From NCBI RefSeq assembly GCF_009914755.1, contig NC_060943.1: DNA of 64,000 bases; one strand, 5' to 3'. Positions 18,872 through 34,244 of this stretch are shown here, one piece after another (the first letter of the stretch is position 1; the number at the start of each line of letters is the position of its first letter). This stretch comes from the human T2T-CHM13v2.0 reference genome, Homo sapiens. The notes under the pieces were generated by a model. The model was not told where the DNA came from, made no database searches, and saw nothing but the letters and a program-made list of their open reading frames with translations. The position numbers and the translations under genes were made by a program.

Positions 18872-20385
18872 GCCGGCCCCCGAGACCCCGGCCCCCACCC
18901 CACACCACAGACACCCACCAGCCCGGCCCCTCCCGGCGCCTGCCCACCCTCCACCCACAGCCTCACGGGTCCAGGACTTGGCGTGTTGTTACATGTTCCT
19001 TCCGAGTTTTCTTTCGCTGGAAAGAGGGACAGGGGCCCCCACCCGTCACCACGCCCCAACACTCCCCCCGAACCAGAGCCGTGCACTTGTGCCTGGTAGG
19101 AGAGAGACAGGACAGACCCGCTTTTCCCGAGACAAGGACCCCCCATGTCACGGCAGCTTCACAGACGCGGCTCGCGCCCACCGGGGTCCTGGCGGGTGGG
19201 ACCCGCAGCCTCCACGCGGCCCAGGCCAGCCTGCCACCCTCTGGGCCTCCTACCTGTGCCTTTCTCTGAGGGGACACCCCGCCAGAGAGGGCCCCGGGAG
19301 CCGGGGGTGGGTACTGAGGCCTGCTCAGGCCCTGGAAGTGAGGCTCTATGGGGTTCCCTGGCCAAGGCGCTGGCCCCCCAATCTCAGGCAGTTGGGGTGA
19401 GGCCGTGCCTCTTTGGGGGCTAAAGGTCTTGGGTGGAGGACAGGCCCCTCTGCTGTGCCCCTATGCCCTGTGTGGGCCCAACCAGTGGACAATGGAGTCT
19501 GGGGGAGGGGGAACCCCGGGGACATGCCCCCACCCGGGAGGGGCCGGTAACCCCTGGGCTATCTTCTAGACGGGGCGAACCAGGGGTCATTGACCTGCCC
19601 CCTGCACAGGGCAGGGACCGAGTGAGCCACTCCTTGTCCCGAGCTCCCGCCCCCACTGGGCCCTCCTTCCTCCTGGTGCTAATTTGGGGACCCCAGGGGC
19701 CGCCCCCGGCCTCTTCTCCATCCTGCTTGGACCAGGGTCCTGGGTCTTCCCAACCATACCCCGAGATCAGGCCCCACCTGCCAGCTCTACTGGGCTTGGA
19801 GCACGTCCGGGCAGTGGAGGGAGGGACACAGCCTGGGACAGGAAGCCTCTTGGGTTGGAGCAGGAGACCCTCATTTGCCACCCAGACCAATGTGAGCCTG
19901 CCCCCAGCCCCCTCTCATTGGAAGTGGCAAGGGGCTTCCCTCCTGGGGGCAGCTACACTCGTCCCCAGAGGCACATTCGTGCACATTCTCACAGACACCG
20001 TCTCACACGTTGGCTTTGGACAACCAGGCCCCAACTTGGTCCCTGCCCTAGGGACCTCCAGCCTGGTGCCCAGTGCTCAGGCCACCTCCTGGTCCAGTCA
20101 CCACCTGCAGCCTCGGCAGGGCAGGTACAGGGGCCACCTCGGATGGGAGCCTGGGTCCCTGCCTCCGCTCTGCCCCTGGGTGGCTGGGAGGAGAGGCCCT
20201 CTCGGGGGTGACCTGGGCGTCAGCCGTGGAACCCCCTCCTCCTCCCTGGAGTCTGCCTGAGTCCCTCGAGCCGCGAGCCTTCGCTGAAGTGCCCTTGCTA
20301 TAACCCCCTCTGCTTCTGGTGTGTGACGAGGCCCCCGATGTTCTTGATTTTCCCAGAGAAGCAAATAAACAGCGTGAACAGCCCC
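18872..20385 (+). other. PALM: PALM 3' UTR
   Basis: Alu-free GC-rich stretch from the stop codon to AATAAA at 20364. The cleavage position is approximate. Confidence 0.85.
20364..20369 (+). terminator. PALM: PALM polyadenylation signal AATAAA
   Basis: First AATAAA I found after the stop codon (gcaAATAAAcagc). Confidence 0.85.
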
Positions 20386-21084
20386 AGTTCCTGGAGTTCT
20401 TGCCTTTCAACCTGGCGAGGAAGGCGTGGCCAGGCCAGGGGGTGGGGCCTGCCGGCCTTTGAGCCATTAAAGGGAGGCTGAGCAGGGTTGCGGTGTGCTG
20501 GCTTCACCTGCCTGCACCCGCTCACCCTGAGCGCCTTGGGGTGGTGGGAGGCGCTGGAATCCCCACTGTGCAGGTAAGGCCTGGCTGTAAGGGGCTGCTG
20601 TGGGGGGGCAGGACTGGCTTCCCGGGGGGCCCTCGGGTTCTGCGGCCGCCCCGTCCTGTCCTTTGTTCCTCCCTTTGCTGGGCTCACAGCCCCTGGGTGA
20701 TGACAGAGGGTCCCCTGGACACCCACAAGCTCTGTAGAGAAGCCGGCCCCTGGGAAATACACAGGAGGCCTGGGGAGGAGGTGTCTGTAGAGACCAGTGT
20801 CATGCTCACGGGAAGGTGCTGCCCCGCCAGCCCCACTCTCTCACGCTGTAGTCTTGGAGAAGTCGCTGCCTCCTCTGGGCCTCAGTTTTCCCATCTGTAA
20901 AATAAGCCTTCGTGGCCGGGCACGGTGTTTCACACCTGCAATCCTAGTACTTTGGGAGGCCGAGGTGGGCGGATCACAAGGTCAAGAGATCGATACCATC
21001 CTGGCCAACATACTGAAACCCTGTCTCTACTAAAAATACAAAAACTTAGCCGGGCGTGGTGGCTCACGCCTGTAATCCTAGCTA

Positions 21085-21442
<358 letters not shown>

Positions 21443-21445
21443 CTA

Positions 21446-21949
<504 letters not shown>

Positions 21950-22241
21950 TTACTCGAAGAAGAGACTGAGGTTCAGAGGGGCTCCACAAGCAGCCCCTCT
22001 GGCGTAGGTCAGGACAGAGCCCCAGCCTGGGGAACTGAAGTCCCTGCCCCCTCAGCTGTGTTCCCTGCCCTCATAGACGGCGCTAGGCCCAGTGGCCCGA
22101 CTTCCCCACAGATGCTGGGCTCCCCACAGTCCCAGCAAGGCCTCTGCACCTTGACTAAGAATCCAGGAGGACCATGGGCGCCTGAGGGCCTCTGCGTCCC
22201 CATCTCTCGGGGTGGCCTGGGTCTTTTGACGGCCTCGTGCG

Positions 22242-22274
<33 letters not shown>

Positions 22275-22276
22275 GA

Positions 22277-22588
<312 letters not shown>

Positions 22589-22699
22589 TAGGGAATTCCT
22601 CCCAGCAGCCCTGAGGGAGCCCGGGCGTGATGTTCCCCCACGTCCCGGAGGAGAAAACAGGGCTAAGAGAGGTCAGGTGGGATCAGAACCCAGGCCACA

Positions 22700-23180
22700 C
22701 CAAACCCCCCCGAGTCTGCCAAACCTGGTTTATGCAAGAAGGGGGCCATCTAGGGGAGTTGCCCCAAGGGGTGGGCTGGGCCAGAAGGCACGGACGGGAT
22801 TGGGACTCAGCCCCTCCGGCCCCCCAGGAGACACAGGCCACTGTGCACGCTGAGCTGCTGTGTGGCCCTGGACACCTGCTGACCCTCTCTGAGCGGTGCT
22901 GAGAGGCGGTGGGAGGGCCAGGCAGCCAAGGGAGGTTTCGGCTGAGTTCTGGCTCCTCGGGGCCACCTGGAGGCCCTGGGGGTGGAGGGGCAGCCGGCAG
23001 CGGGCACGGTGCCCGCCCTTGCCCAGCCTGGTATCCTCTTTCTCCCTCCTCCTCCTCTGGACTTTGTTTCCTGATCCCAGGTGGGGCTGGGGGGAGGGGG
23101 CACACCTGCCTCCCCTGGGTGGGGCCTCTGTTCCCTGGCAACCTGGCGGGCAGGGCGGAGCTGGGAGGCCTCTGTGCCCA
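22700..23180 (+). promoter_or_regulatory. MISP: Probable MISP proximal promoter
   Basis: Alu-free and CpG/GC-rich, with GC boxes (GGGTGGGG, GGGCGGAG), an HNF4-type TGGACTTTG at 23058-23066 and CAGGTG/CACCTG E-boxes. Lies directly upstream of a consensus donor. Confidence 0.6.
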
Positions 23181-23229
23181 TCGAGGAGTCAGAGTGGAGG
23201 CTGCAGACTGTGGAGCCGGGAGCCGGCAG
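23170..23229 (+). other. MISP: Probable MISP non-coding exon 1
   Basis: CAG|GTGAGG donor after 23229 inside the CpG-rich patch. The start is approximate because the TSS cannot be read from sequence. Confidence 0.65.
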
Positions 23230-24169
23230 GTGAGGCTGGGGGCGCCCCGGGCCGGGCCGGGCGGGGATCCTGTGTGGGGCGGTTGGATCCACATTTGGCG
23301 TGGGAGCGTCATGTGTCTGTGGGCGGGGTCTGCTTGCCTGGCGGCACTTGGGATCCAGGGAGGCCCCCTGCCCCACCCCGTCACCCTCGGAGCCTCCCTG
23401 AGGCACCTTTCCCTCTGCCCCCGCTAGGTACTCTGGGGCCTCAAGGGCACCCACTGGGAGAGCAGAGAGGCCCTTGTCCCTGAACTCTGCTGGGGCTTTT
23501 GAACCCCAAATCCCAGAGCCCTCCAAGGGAGGGGCCGGGTTGGCACCCCCATGGTCAGAGGCCAGAGGGGCCCCTCCATGGTTCTGGGAATTCCAGAGGC
23601 TTCTGGAGAGATGCTTATCCGTCCCACCAGGCCCCTGACTGGGAGGCTCTGGGCAGTAAACACCCCCGTGGGGCTGGGGGCTGGTTTGGGGACACGGAGG
23701 AGGGGTGGCTGAGTACAGGCGGAAGGAGTCTCAGGCCGGGGCTGGGGACTTGGCCTGGGTCCTCGGGTGGGGGTGAGGTGGTAGCCTGGGATCCCGGGCA
23801 GCCAGCAGGGACTCGGCCCAGCGTCTGCCGGTGGAGCTCCGCCCAGGAGCCCAAGGAGCTGAGATGACTCAAGGGTGACTGCAACCCTGAGGGATGGGAA
23901 AAAGGAACGGGGCCCTCCCTTCTGCATGGCCTCCTTGTCTGAGTCTCGGCCCCACAAGGGAACCTTTGCCCCTCACATAGAGCCAACTGGCTGATGAGGA
24001 AGGAGGTGTGGCACCAGGGTCCATAAACCCAGTTTCATTCTGGTATCAACAGAGTTCAGGGTGAGGCTGGGAGGAGCAACCCAGGGGGCTTCCTGTAGGA
24101 GGGGGTGATTTGGAGCAAAGTCTGAAAACTGGCTTCAGACACTTGCTCTGTCATCGCTGTGTGACCTCA

Positions 24170-24574
<405 letters not shown>

Positions 24575-25392
24575 CTATCTCAAAAAAAAAAGCGGGGGGC
24601 GGGGGTGGGCACTGAGGCACAGGCAGCAGGGGAGGGGGCCCAGTGGCCTTGAACCCAAGAGCTGGACCCCAGGCCCCACCCGCTGGCTTCAGTGAATCAC
24701 TGGGGAGGAATGAGCAGAGGAGGATGCGTGCCTTCATCCCCACCCAACCCCACCCCACTGGGAGACCCGGCACCTGCTCGAGGCTGGGCGGACAGCTCCC
24801 TTTCTCCCGGAGTTGACGTCTGATGTGGGTTATAAATCCCGCTGTGTAAACGTCTGTCCACTCACTGGGCAAACATTCCTACACCCGCCCTCCCCGGGGA
24901 GCTCCAGGGTGCAGGGCGTGGACCTGCCCAGCCCTTCAGGGCCAGAAGGCACGGTGGAGCCGGTCTGCATTCCGCAATGAGCCCGACCCCCACGTCTGAG
25001 CAGCTGGGATGAGTGGTGTTTGCCCAGCCAGTATTTATTAGGCGCCTGCTGTATACCAGACTCTGGGCTGCAGGAAGGGTGCTGACCTGTGGCCACAGCA
25101 GGCGAGAGCGAGGCCTGGGCTGACGGTTTCGGGTGGGAGAAGGCAAGGCCTTCCGTGAGCTGGGCAGGCGGCGTCCACGGAGGAGGAGGCCTCGGGTCAG
25201 GGGAGCCATCTGTGCGTCACGCTTTGGGAGGAAGCTCAGCTGTTTGTGTGGGATTTATTCACCAATGCCGCCTGGTTTTCAATGTTTCCCCTATTTTAGT
25301 TTCTGACATTTGATACGCGCGGAAGATTGCATGACACATTGCGTGTAGTTTCAACACGGCTCCCCACGGTCTCTCCACTTTATGCTGTTTGA

Positions 25393-25649
<257 letters not shown>

Positions 25650-25798
25650 TAGCCAGGATGGTCTCGATCTCCTGACCTCGTGATCCGCCAAAGTGCTGGG
25701 ATTACAGGTGTGAGCCACTGTGCCTGGCCGACCCTGTCTGTTTAAAAACAAAAAAAAATGCTGCTGGTTGGTGTAAAGGCAGCAGATCTAAATAATAG

Positions 25799-26035
<237 letters not shown>

Positions 26036-26869
26036 TGAGATCCCTGTGTCTTCAGGTGAGGCTTCCTTTCCTCAACTATGAAAGATGATGTCTGCTGGAC
26101 ACGGTGGCTCACGCCTGTAATCCCTGCACTTTGGGAGGCCGAGGCAGGCGGATCACCTGAAGTCAGGAGTTCAAGACCAGCCTGGCCAACATGGTGAAAC
26201 CCGTCTCTACTAACAATACAAAAATTAGCCGGGTGTCCTGGCTGGGCGCGGTGGCTCACGCCTGTAATCCCAACACTTTGGGAGGCCGAGGCGGGAGGAT
26301 CACGAGGTCAGGAGATCAAGACCATCCTGGCTAATATGGTGAAACCCCGTCTCTACTAAAAATACAAAAAATTAGCCAGGCGTGGTGGCGGGCGCCCGTA
26401 GTCCCAGCTCTAGGGAGGCTGAGGCAGGAGAATGGCGTGAACCTGGGAGGCAGAGCTTGCAGGGAGCCGAGATCGCGCCACTGCACTCCAGCCTGGGCGA
26501 CAGAGTGAGACTCCGCCTCAAAAAAAAGAAAAAATTAGCCGGGTGTGGGGGCGGGTGCCCGTAGTCCCAGCTACTCAGGAGGCTGAGGCAGGAGAATTGC
26601 TTGAACCCGGGAGGCGGAGATTGCAGTGAGCTGAGATCACGCTACCGCAGTCCAGCCTGTGCATCGCAGCGAGACTCTGTCTCAAAACAAAAGACAATAC
26701 CTAAGACGGGTGCTGGGTACAAGGCCTGACATGAAGGAGGTGTTCAGATGATGGCTCTGGGGGAGGGGCAATCTGGGTTACTTCCTGGAGGAGGTGTCCA
26801 TGGGCTTCAGCAGAGGAAGCCGTGGAGAAGCAGAAACAGGCAGCCTCGAGACAGAGAGAGCTGCAGGTA

Positions 26870-27146
26870 GAGGAGGAGGGCGAGGTTTGGGGTGGAGGAA
26901 GAGGGCCTGGTTTGGGGTGGAAGAGGAGGGTCTGGTTTGGGTTGGAGGAAGAGGGCCTGGTTTGGGTGGAAGAGGAGGGTCTGGTTTGGGTGGAAGAGGA
27001 GGGTCTGGTTTGGGGTGGAAGAGGAGGGCCTGGCTTGGGGTGGAGGAAGAGGGCCTGGTTTGGGGTGGAAGAGGAGGGCCTGGTTTGGGGTGGAAGAGGA
27101 GGGTCTGGTTTGGGGTAGAAGAGGAGGGCCTGGCTTGGGGTGGAGG
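26870..27146. repeat. ~25-bp purine-rich minisatellite (ggtttggggtggaagaggagggcct)n
   Basis: About 11 tandem copies in MISP intron 1. Confidence 0.9.
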
Positions 27147-27699
27147 TGCCCACAGAAATTGGGGTTTCGTGCTAAGGCCAGGAGCAGGGTGTGAGAACTG
27201 TGCCCTGCAGATGCCAGGAGCCACAGAAGCGATGCGAGCAGGTGTGTGACCTCCGGGAAGGCTCCTGGAACTGAGCCCAGCAGCAACCTGGACCCTTGGG
27301 AGAGGGCGAGAGCCGGAAGGCACTGGGTCAGGGTGTCACCCGCTCGCTCCACGGCCCCACCTGGGCCCAGCGGGACAAGGTCCACGGTGTTCCTTTGCCC
27401 ATCCTGGCTTTATGGCGACAAGGCCCAGGCGGGGATGTTGTCTCAGATGGGACGAGGTGTCCAGCTGGGCAGGGCAGGGTGGAGAACCAGGATGTGGGAG
27501 CCGGGAAACTGGAGTTGCTGTCAGTCCTTCTCTCTGGGCCTCAGTTTCTCCATTTGACATCCCTTAGCAAGGGGCCATCTGTAATTGTCAGATGGAAAAA
27601 TCCCACACCAGGAGTCTCAGAGTGAGCTCAGGGTGGAAAGGCTCAGTGCACAGGAGACACAGATAAATATGGTGCGGCCAAGGAAGGCTTCAGAGATCA

Positions 27700-27840
<141 letters not shown>

Positions 27841-28329
27841 TTAGCCGGACTTGGGAGGTTAGCGCCTGTAATCCCAGCTACTCAGGAGGCTGAGGCACGA
27901 GAATTGCTTGAACCTGGAAGCAGAGGTTGCAGTGAGCTGACATTGTGCCACTGCACTCCAGGCTGGGCAACAGAGCGAGACTCCATCTCAAAAAAAAAAA
28001 AATCAAGGCTGAGCTGGACTCCACAGGGCAGGTGTGTGTGTCTGGGAGATAAGGTGGGCAGGGCACCCTGATTTTATTGGGCTGCAAATGTTAGAAACAT
28101 ATAATGCGAGTTGTTGGGGTAGTAACCGGGACATTCAGAGATTCAGGTATGGTTGGAATCAGGGAGCTTAAAAGTTTTCAGGATGCTTTGCTGGTGTTGG
28201 GGTTGCTGTCAAGCAAGCTGTACCCACTGGGGGCATTTACGTCCCCAGCAATTCACTATCTCATTCCATCAGCCTAACAAGACCAGCGGGAAGAGGGTCC
28301 CATCTTCTGCATTAATTGTAAAGTCCCAG

Positions 28330-28855
28330 GGTCTCATGTCATTGGCTAGACTGGGTCACATGCTCATCTCTGAACCAATTACAGAGGCCAGAGGGTGAAA
28401 TGCTCTCACTGGCTGGACTAGGTCACTTACCCATCTTTGAACCAATCACAGAGGCCAGTGGGTGGGATGCTCTGATTGATCAGGATGAGTCACTTACCCA
28501 TCCCTGAACCAATCACAGAGGCCAGAGAATGGGCTACTCTGACTGGCCAGGCTGGGCCATTTACTCATCCTTGAACCAATCACAGAGGCCAGAAGGTGGG
28601 ATGCTCTGATTGGCCAGGCTGAGTTACTTACCTATCCCTTAGCCAATCACAGAGATTAGACAATGGGCTGCTCTGAGTGGCTGTACTGTGTCACGCACCC
28701 CTAAACCAATCACAGAGGTTAGAGAATGGGATGCACTGATTGGCTGGACTGTCACTTACGCACCCCTAAACCAATCACAGAGGTTAGAGAATGGGCTGCT
28801 CTGAGTGGCTGGACTGTGTCACTTACCCATCCCTAAACCAATCACAAAGGCCATT
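28330..28855. repeat. ~67-bp tandem array with 8 CCAAT boxes, derived from an MLT1 (MaLR) LTR subunit
   Basis: CCAAT at 28375, 28442, 28509, 28576, 28643, 28706, 28771 and 28838. The unit resembles the MLT1J/K motif tgaaccaatcac...ctgattggccagg..gggtcac (family from recall). Confidence 0.85.
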
Positions 28856-29003
28856 TGATGGACCCTTTGCCCTTTGGGGGACTGGAGGCTGTTCCTCTCC
28901 CTAGGTGCTCTGACTTGATGGCCCTCATTTCCTTCTCCTCCCTCAGTAAGCCCAGAGGTCTCCACCCCACGGGAGGAAGGCTGAGGCCAAGACCCCGGAA
29001 GAG

Positions 29004-30783
29004 ATGGACCGCGTGACCAGATACCCCATCCTGGGCATCCCTCAGGCACACCGTGGCACCGGCCTGGTGCTGGATGGAGACACCAGCTACACATACCATC
29101 TGGTGTGCATGGGCCCCGAGGCCAGCGGCTGGGGCCAGGATGAGCCGCAGACATGGCCCACTGACCACAGGGCCCAGCAGGGCGTGCAGAGGCAGGGGGT
29201 GTCCTACAGCGTGCATGCCTACACTGGCCAGCCGTCCCCACGGGGGCTCCACTCGGAGAACAGGGAGGATGAGGGTTGGCAGGTTTACCGCCTGGGCGCC
29301 AGGGATGCCCACCAGGGACGTCCAACATGGGCACTCCGCCCAGAGGACGGGGAGGACAAGGAGATGAAGACCTACCGCCTGGATGCTGGGGACGCTGACC
29401 CCAGGAGGCTGTGTGACCTGGAGCGGGAGCGCTGGGCCGTCATCCAGGGCCAGGCAGTCAGGAAGAGCAGCACCGTGGCCACGCTCCAGGGCACTCCTGA
29501 CCACGGAGACCCCAGGACCCCCGGCCCACCTCGGTCCACGCCCCTGGAGGAGAACGTGGTTGACAGGGAGCAGATTGACTTCCTGGCAGCGAGACAGCAG
29601 TTCCTGAGTCTGGAGCAGGCGAACAAGGGGGCCCCTCATAGCTCCCCGGCCAGGGGGACCCCTGCAGGCACAACCCCAGGGGCCAGCCAGGCCCCCAAGG
29701 CCTTCAACAAGCCCCACCTGGCCAACGGGCACGTGGTTCCCATCAAGCCCCAGGTGAAGGGGGTGGTCAGGGAAGAGAACAAGGTGCGTGCTGTGCCCAC
29801 CTGGGCCAGTGTCCAAGTTGTGGATGACCCTGGCTCCTTGGCCTCAGTGGAGTCCCCGGGGACCCCCAAGGAGACGCCCATCGAGCGGGAGATCCGTCTG
29901 GCTCAGGAGCGTGAGGCAGACCTGCGAGAGCAGAGGGGGCTTCGGCAGGCAACCGACCACCAGGAGCTGGTGGAAATCCCCACCAGGCCGCTGCTGACCA
30001 AGCTGAGCCTGATCACAGCCCCACGGCGGGAGAGAGGGCGCCCGTCCCTCTACGTGCAGCGGGACATAGTACAGGAGACACAGCGTGAGGAAGACCACCG
30101 GCGGGAGGGCCTGCACGTGGGCCGGGCGTCCACACCCGACTGGGTCTCGGAGGGTCCCCAGCCCGGACTCCGGAGAGCCCTCAGCTCAGATTCCATCCTC
30201 AGCCCGGCCCCAGATGCCCGTGCGGCCGACCCAGCTCCAGAAGTGAGGAAGGTGAACCGCATCCCACCTGATGCCTACCAGCCGTACCTGAGCCCCGGGA
30301 CCCCCCAGCTAGAATTCTCAGCCTTCGGAGCATTCGGCAAGCCCAGCAGTCTCTCCACAGCGGAGGCCAAGGCTGCGACTTCACCAAAGGCCACGATGTC
30401 CCCGAGGCATCTCTCAGAATCCTCTGGAAAACCCCTGAGCACAAAGCAAGAGGCATCGAAGCCCCCTCGGGGATGCCCGCAAGCCAACAGGGGTGTCGTG
30501 CGGTGGGAGTACTTCCGCCTGCGTCCTCTGCGGTTCAGGGCCCCAGACGAGCCCCAGCAGGCCCAAGTCCCCCATGTCTGGGGCTGGGAGGTGGCTGGGG
30601 CCCCTGCACTGAGGCTGCAGAAGTCCCAGTCATCTGATCTGCTGGAAAGGGAGAGGGAGAGTGTCCTGCGCCGGGAGCAAGAGGTGGCAGAGGAGCGGAG
30701 AAATGCTCTCTTCCCAGAGGTCTTCTCCCCAACGCCAGATGAGAACTCTGACCAGAACTCCAGGAGCTCCTCCCAGGCATCCG
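29004..30783 (+). CDS. MISP: MISP (mitotic spindle positioning, C19orf21) large first coding exon; exon starts at 28947
   Basis: Acceptor ttccttctcctccctcAG ends at 28946. ATG at 29004 in gagATGG context. MDRVTRYPILGIPQAHRG... matches MISP. Donor TCCG|GTGAGA follows 30783 (593 codons + 1 nt). Confidence 0.96.
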
Positions 30784-31033
30784 GTGAGAAGGGGCTCCAG
30801 GGAGTGGCTGCTTGGCTCAGGGTCTCAGAGGTTGGAGCAGGGGAGGGTGGGGAGGTGGAGTTTGAGGCTGTCAAAGGGCTGGGGTTGGGGAGACATTGCC
30901 TCCTGACTGTTCATCCCCTCAGTCGCTGGTTTGTCTGCCTGTCTATTAAAAATGTAGATTTTGGAGAGAAATGTCAACTTTACCTTAGGGCTTTTGCTTT
31001 ATGGATTTGGATGCCTTGTTGTTAGGCGCATAA

Positions 31034-31204
<171 letters not shown>

Positions 31205-31431
31205 TGAGTAGCTGGGATTACAGGTGCCCACCACCACTCCCGGCTAATTTTTGTATTTTTAGTAGAGACAGGTTTCATCATGTTGGCCAGGCTGGTCTTG
31301 AACTCCTGACCTCAGGCGATCCACCCTGCCTTGGCCTCCCAAAGTGCTGGGATTACAAGCATGAGCCACTGCTCCCGGCCTGTTCATATATGTTTATCCT
31401 CTTGGACAGTTGCACCTTTTTGACAATATGA

Positions 31432-31692
<261 letters not shown>

Positions 31693-31964
31693 TGATCCAC
31701 CCACCTCGGCCTCCCAAAGTGCTGGGATTACAGGCGTGAGCCACCGCGCCCGGCCACTTTTAATGTTCTTCACCTTGCATGTCGGCCCATCTGTGCATCC
31801 AGTTTCTCCTGACTGGCTACTTTGGTCAATCTGTCAGTTTCCCGGATAGTCATCTGCTCTGTCTGTCCATACATCTGTCTCCTTAGCTGCTGGCTAGAGA
31901 CTCTGTCTCCCGAGCAGAGGTCTGACAAATGTTCTAATGTTCTGCCCTCCCTGCTCCCCTACAG

Positions 31965-32095
31965 GCATCACGGGCAGTTACTCGGTGTCTGAGTCTCCCT
32001 TCTTCAGCCCCATCCACCTACACTCAAACGTGGCGTGGACAGTGGAAGATCCAGTGGACAGTGCTCCTCCCGGGCAGAGAAAGAAGGAGCAATGG
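31965..32095 (+). CDS. MISP: MISP coding exon (GITGSYSVSESPFFSPIHLHSNVAW...KKEQW)
   Basis: ctgctcccctacAG acceptor and TGG|GTGAGT donor. 131 nt, phase-compatible with the previous exon. Confidence 0.94.
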
Positions 32096-32441
32096 GTGAG
32101 TCTGGAACCCGTCTCTGCAGAGGCCAGGCTGAGGTCAGACAGCCCCTATTAGGGCCACAGGAAGTTCAAGCAGGACTCAAGCCTGACCTGGGTTCAAGCA
32201 CTACCCCCACCCCTGGCCGTGCCTCAGTCTCCTGCAGATGTCAGGTAGAAGATGATAAACTTGGTGTCCTTGTATCTCTGGGCTTCTGCTTGGAGAGGCC
32301 ATATAAGCTGGGGTCTTTGTCCCCATCAGGAGGTCATCTCCAGGATCAAAGACCAAAGGACCAACTCTGCTTGGAGGAGGAGGACACTGGCAATTTGTCA
32401 TCGTCACCAGCATTAGTTTCTTTTTTTTTTTTTTTTTTTGA

Positions 32442-32549
<108 letters not shown>

Positions 32550-33119
32550 TAGCTGGGATTACAGGCGTGCACCACCACGCCCGGCTAATTTTTTTGTATT
32601 TTTAGTAGAGACGTGGTTTCACCATGTTAGCCAGGCTGGTCTCAAACCGATCTCAAGTGACCTGCCCACTTGGGCCTCCCAAAGTGCTGGGATTATAGGC
32701 ATGAGCCACTGCACCTGGCCACAGATATTTACTTCTAAGAAAGAGAGAGAGAGAGAGAGAAGGCAGGAGGGAGGGAGGGATGGAGGGAAGGAAGGAACAA
32801 AGCGAGGAAGGAAGGGAGGGAGGGAGAGGGAGAGACGGAGGGATGTGTCTGTCACACGCTGGCTCGGGGCTTCCAATGAACCACACCTTTAGCACCCTGG
32901 TGGTCTCACATGCCCAGGGTTAGGCAGCTCATGAACCCAGGCTTGACTCCAGGACCTACAGGCCACAGAGCTTTGCCTTAGGGGTTTTACTTTATGAATT
33001 TTGATGCCTTGTTGTTAGACATGTAATTGTTCATGTATGTTTATCCTCTTGGATGAGAGCTCCTTTTGTCAGTATGAAATATTCCTCACGTCACTTTTAA
33101 TGACACGAGGAATATTTAG

Positions 33120-33418
<299 letters not shown>

Positions 33419-33680
33419 TAAATAAATAAATTAATTAATTAAATTAAATAAATCATGAATGTTGGACAGAGGCTGCACTGAGGGGAACAGCATGAGGAAC
33501 AGCAAGGGGGATGGCTGTGAGTCTGGGTGATCGTGGGACACGTGTTGAGAACACTCAGGGCAGGGGATGCCTTCCACTCTTCCCCAAATGGTGACAGAGA
33601 GGGCTGTGTGGGAGCTCTGGTCGGACTCTGCACCGGGCAGGGCAGAAAGGCCTGGGCTGACTTGTGTTCCTTTCCTGTAG

Positions 33681-33719
33681 TACGCTGGCATCAACCCCTC
33701 GGACGGTATCAACTCAGAG
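33681..33719 (+). CDS. MISP: MISP 39-nt coding exon (YAGINPSDGINSE)
   Basis: ttcctttcctgtAG acceptor and GAG|GTGAGT donor. Phase 0-0. Part of the AKAP2/MISP-family C-terminal motif. Confidence 0.93.
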
Positions 33720-33949
33720 GTGAGTATGCTCCTGGGCACGAAGACTCAAGTCTTTCCCCCCCACATCTGTGCCCCTGCACACAGGGGCCAACGGAAGCCC
33801 CTTCCTCCAGGTGTGGGGATCGTATTGGGTGTCTTCTCAATTGGTAGTGTCTGCTCAGGGTGGATTTTGCTGTGATCTGCTTGTGATGTCTGCCATGGGC
33901 ATGGATTAGGAGAAGAGGGTTCACATGCCACCTCTCCACCACGTGGTGA

Positions 33950-34244
<295 letters not shown>

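Noticed and set aside
19433-20260. 275-aa ORF in the PALM 3' UTR
   Set aside because: Non-ATG start, GC-rich composition and no recognisable domain.
28330-28855. Regularly spaced ~67-bp units resembling a CRISPR array
   Set aside because: The whole unit is repeated with no unique spacers, the context is a human intron, and there are no cas genes.
28842-29816. 324-aa antisense ORF (also 18227-18958)
   Set aside because: Shadow ORFs of GC-rich coding exons with no independent support.
30784-31025. C-terminal 80 aa of the 673-aa ORF
   Set aside because: This is read-through into intron 2 past a good donor. The spliced product gives the conserved 679-aa C-terminus.
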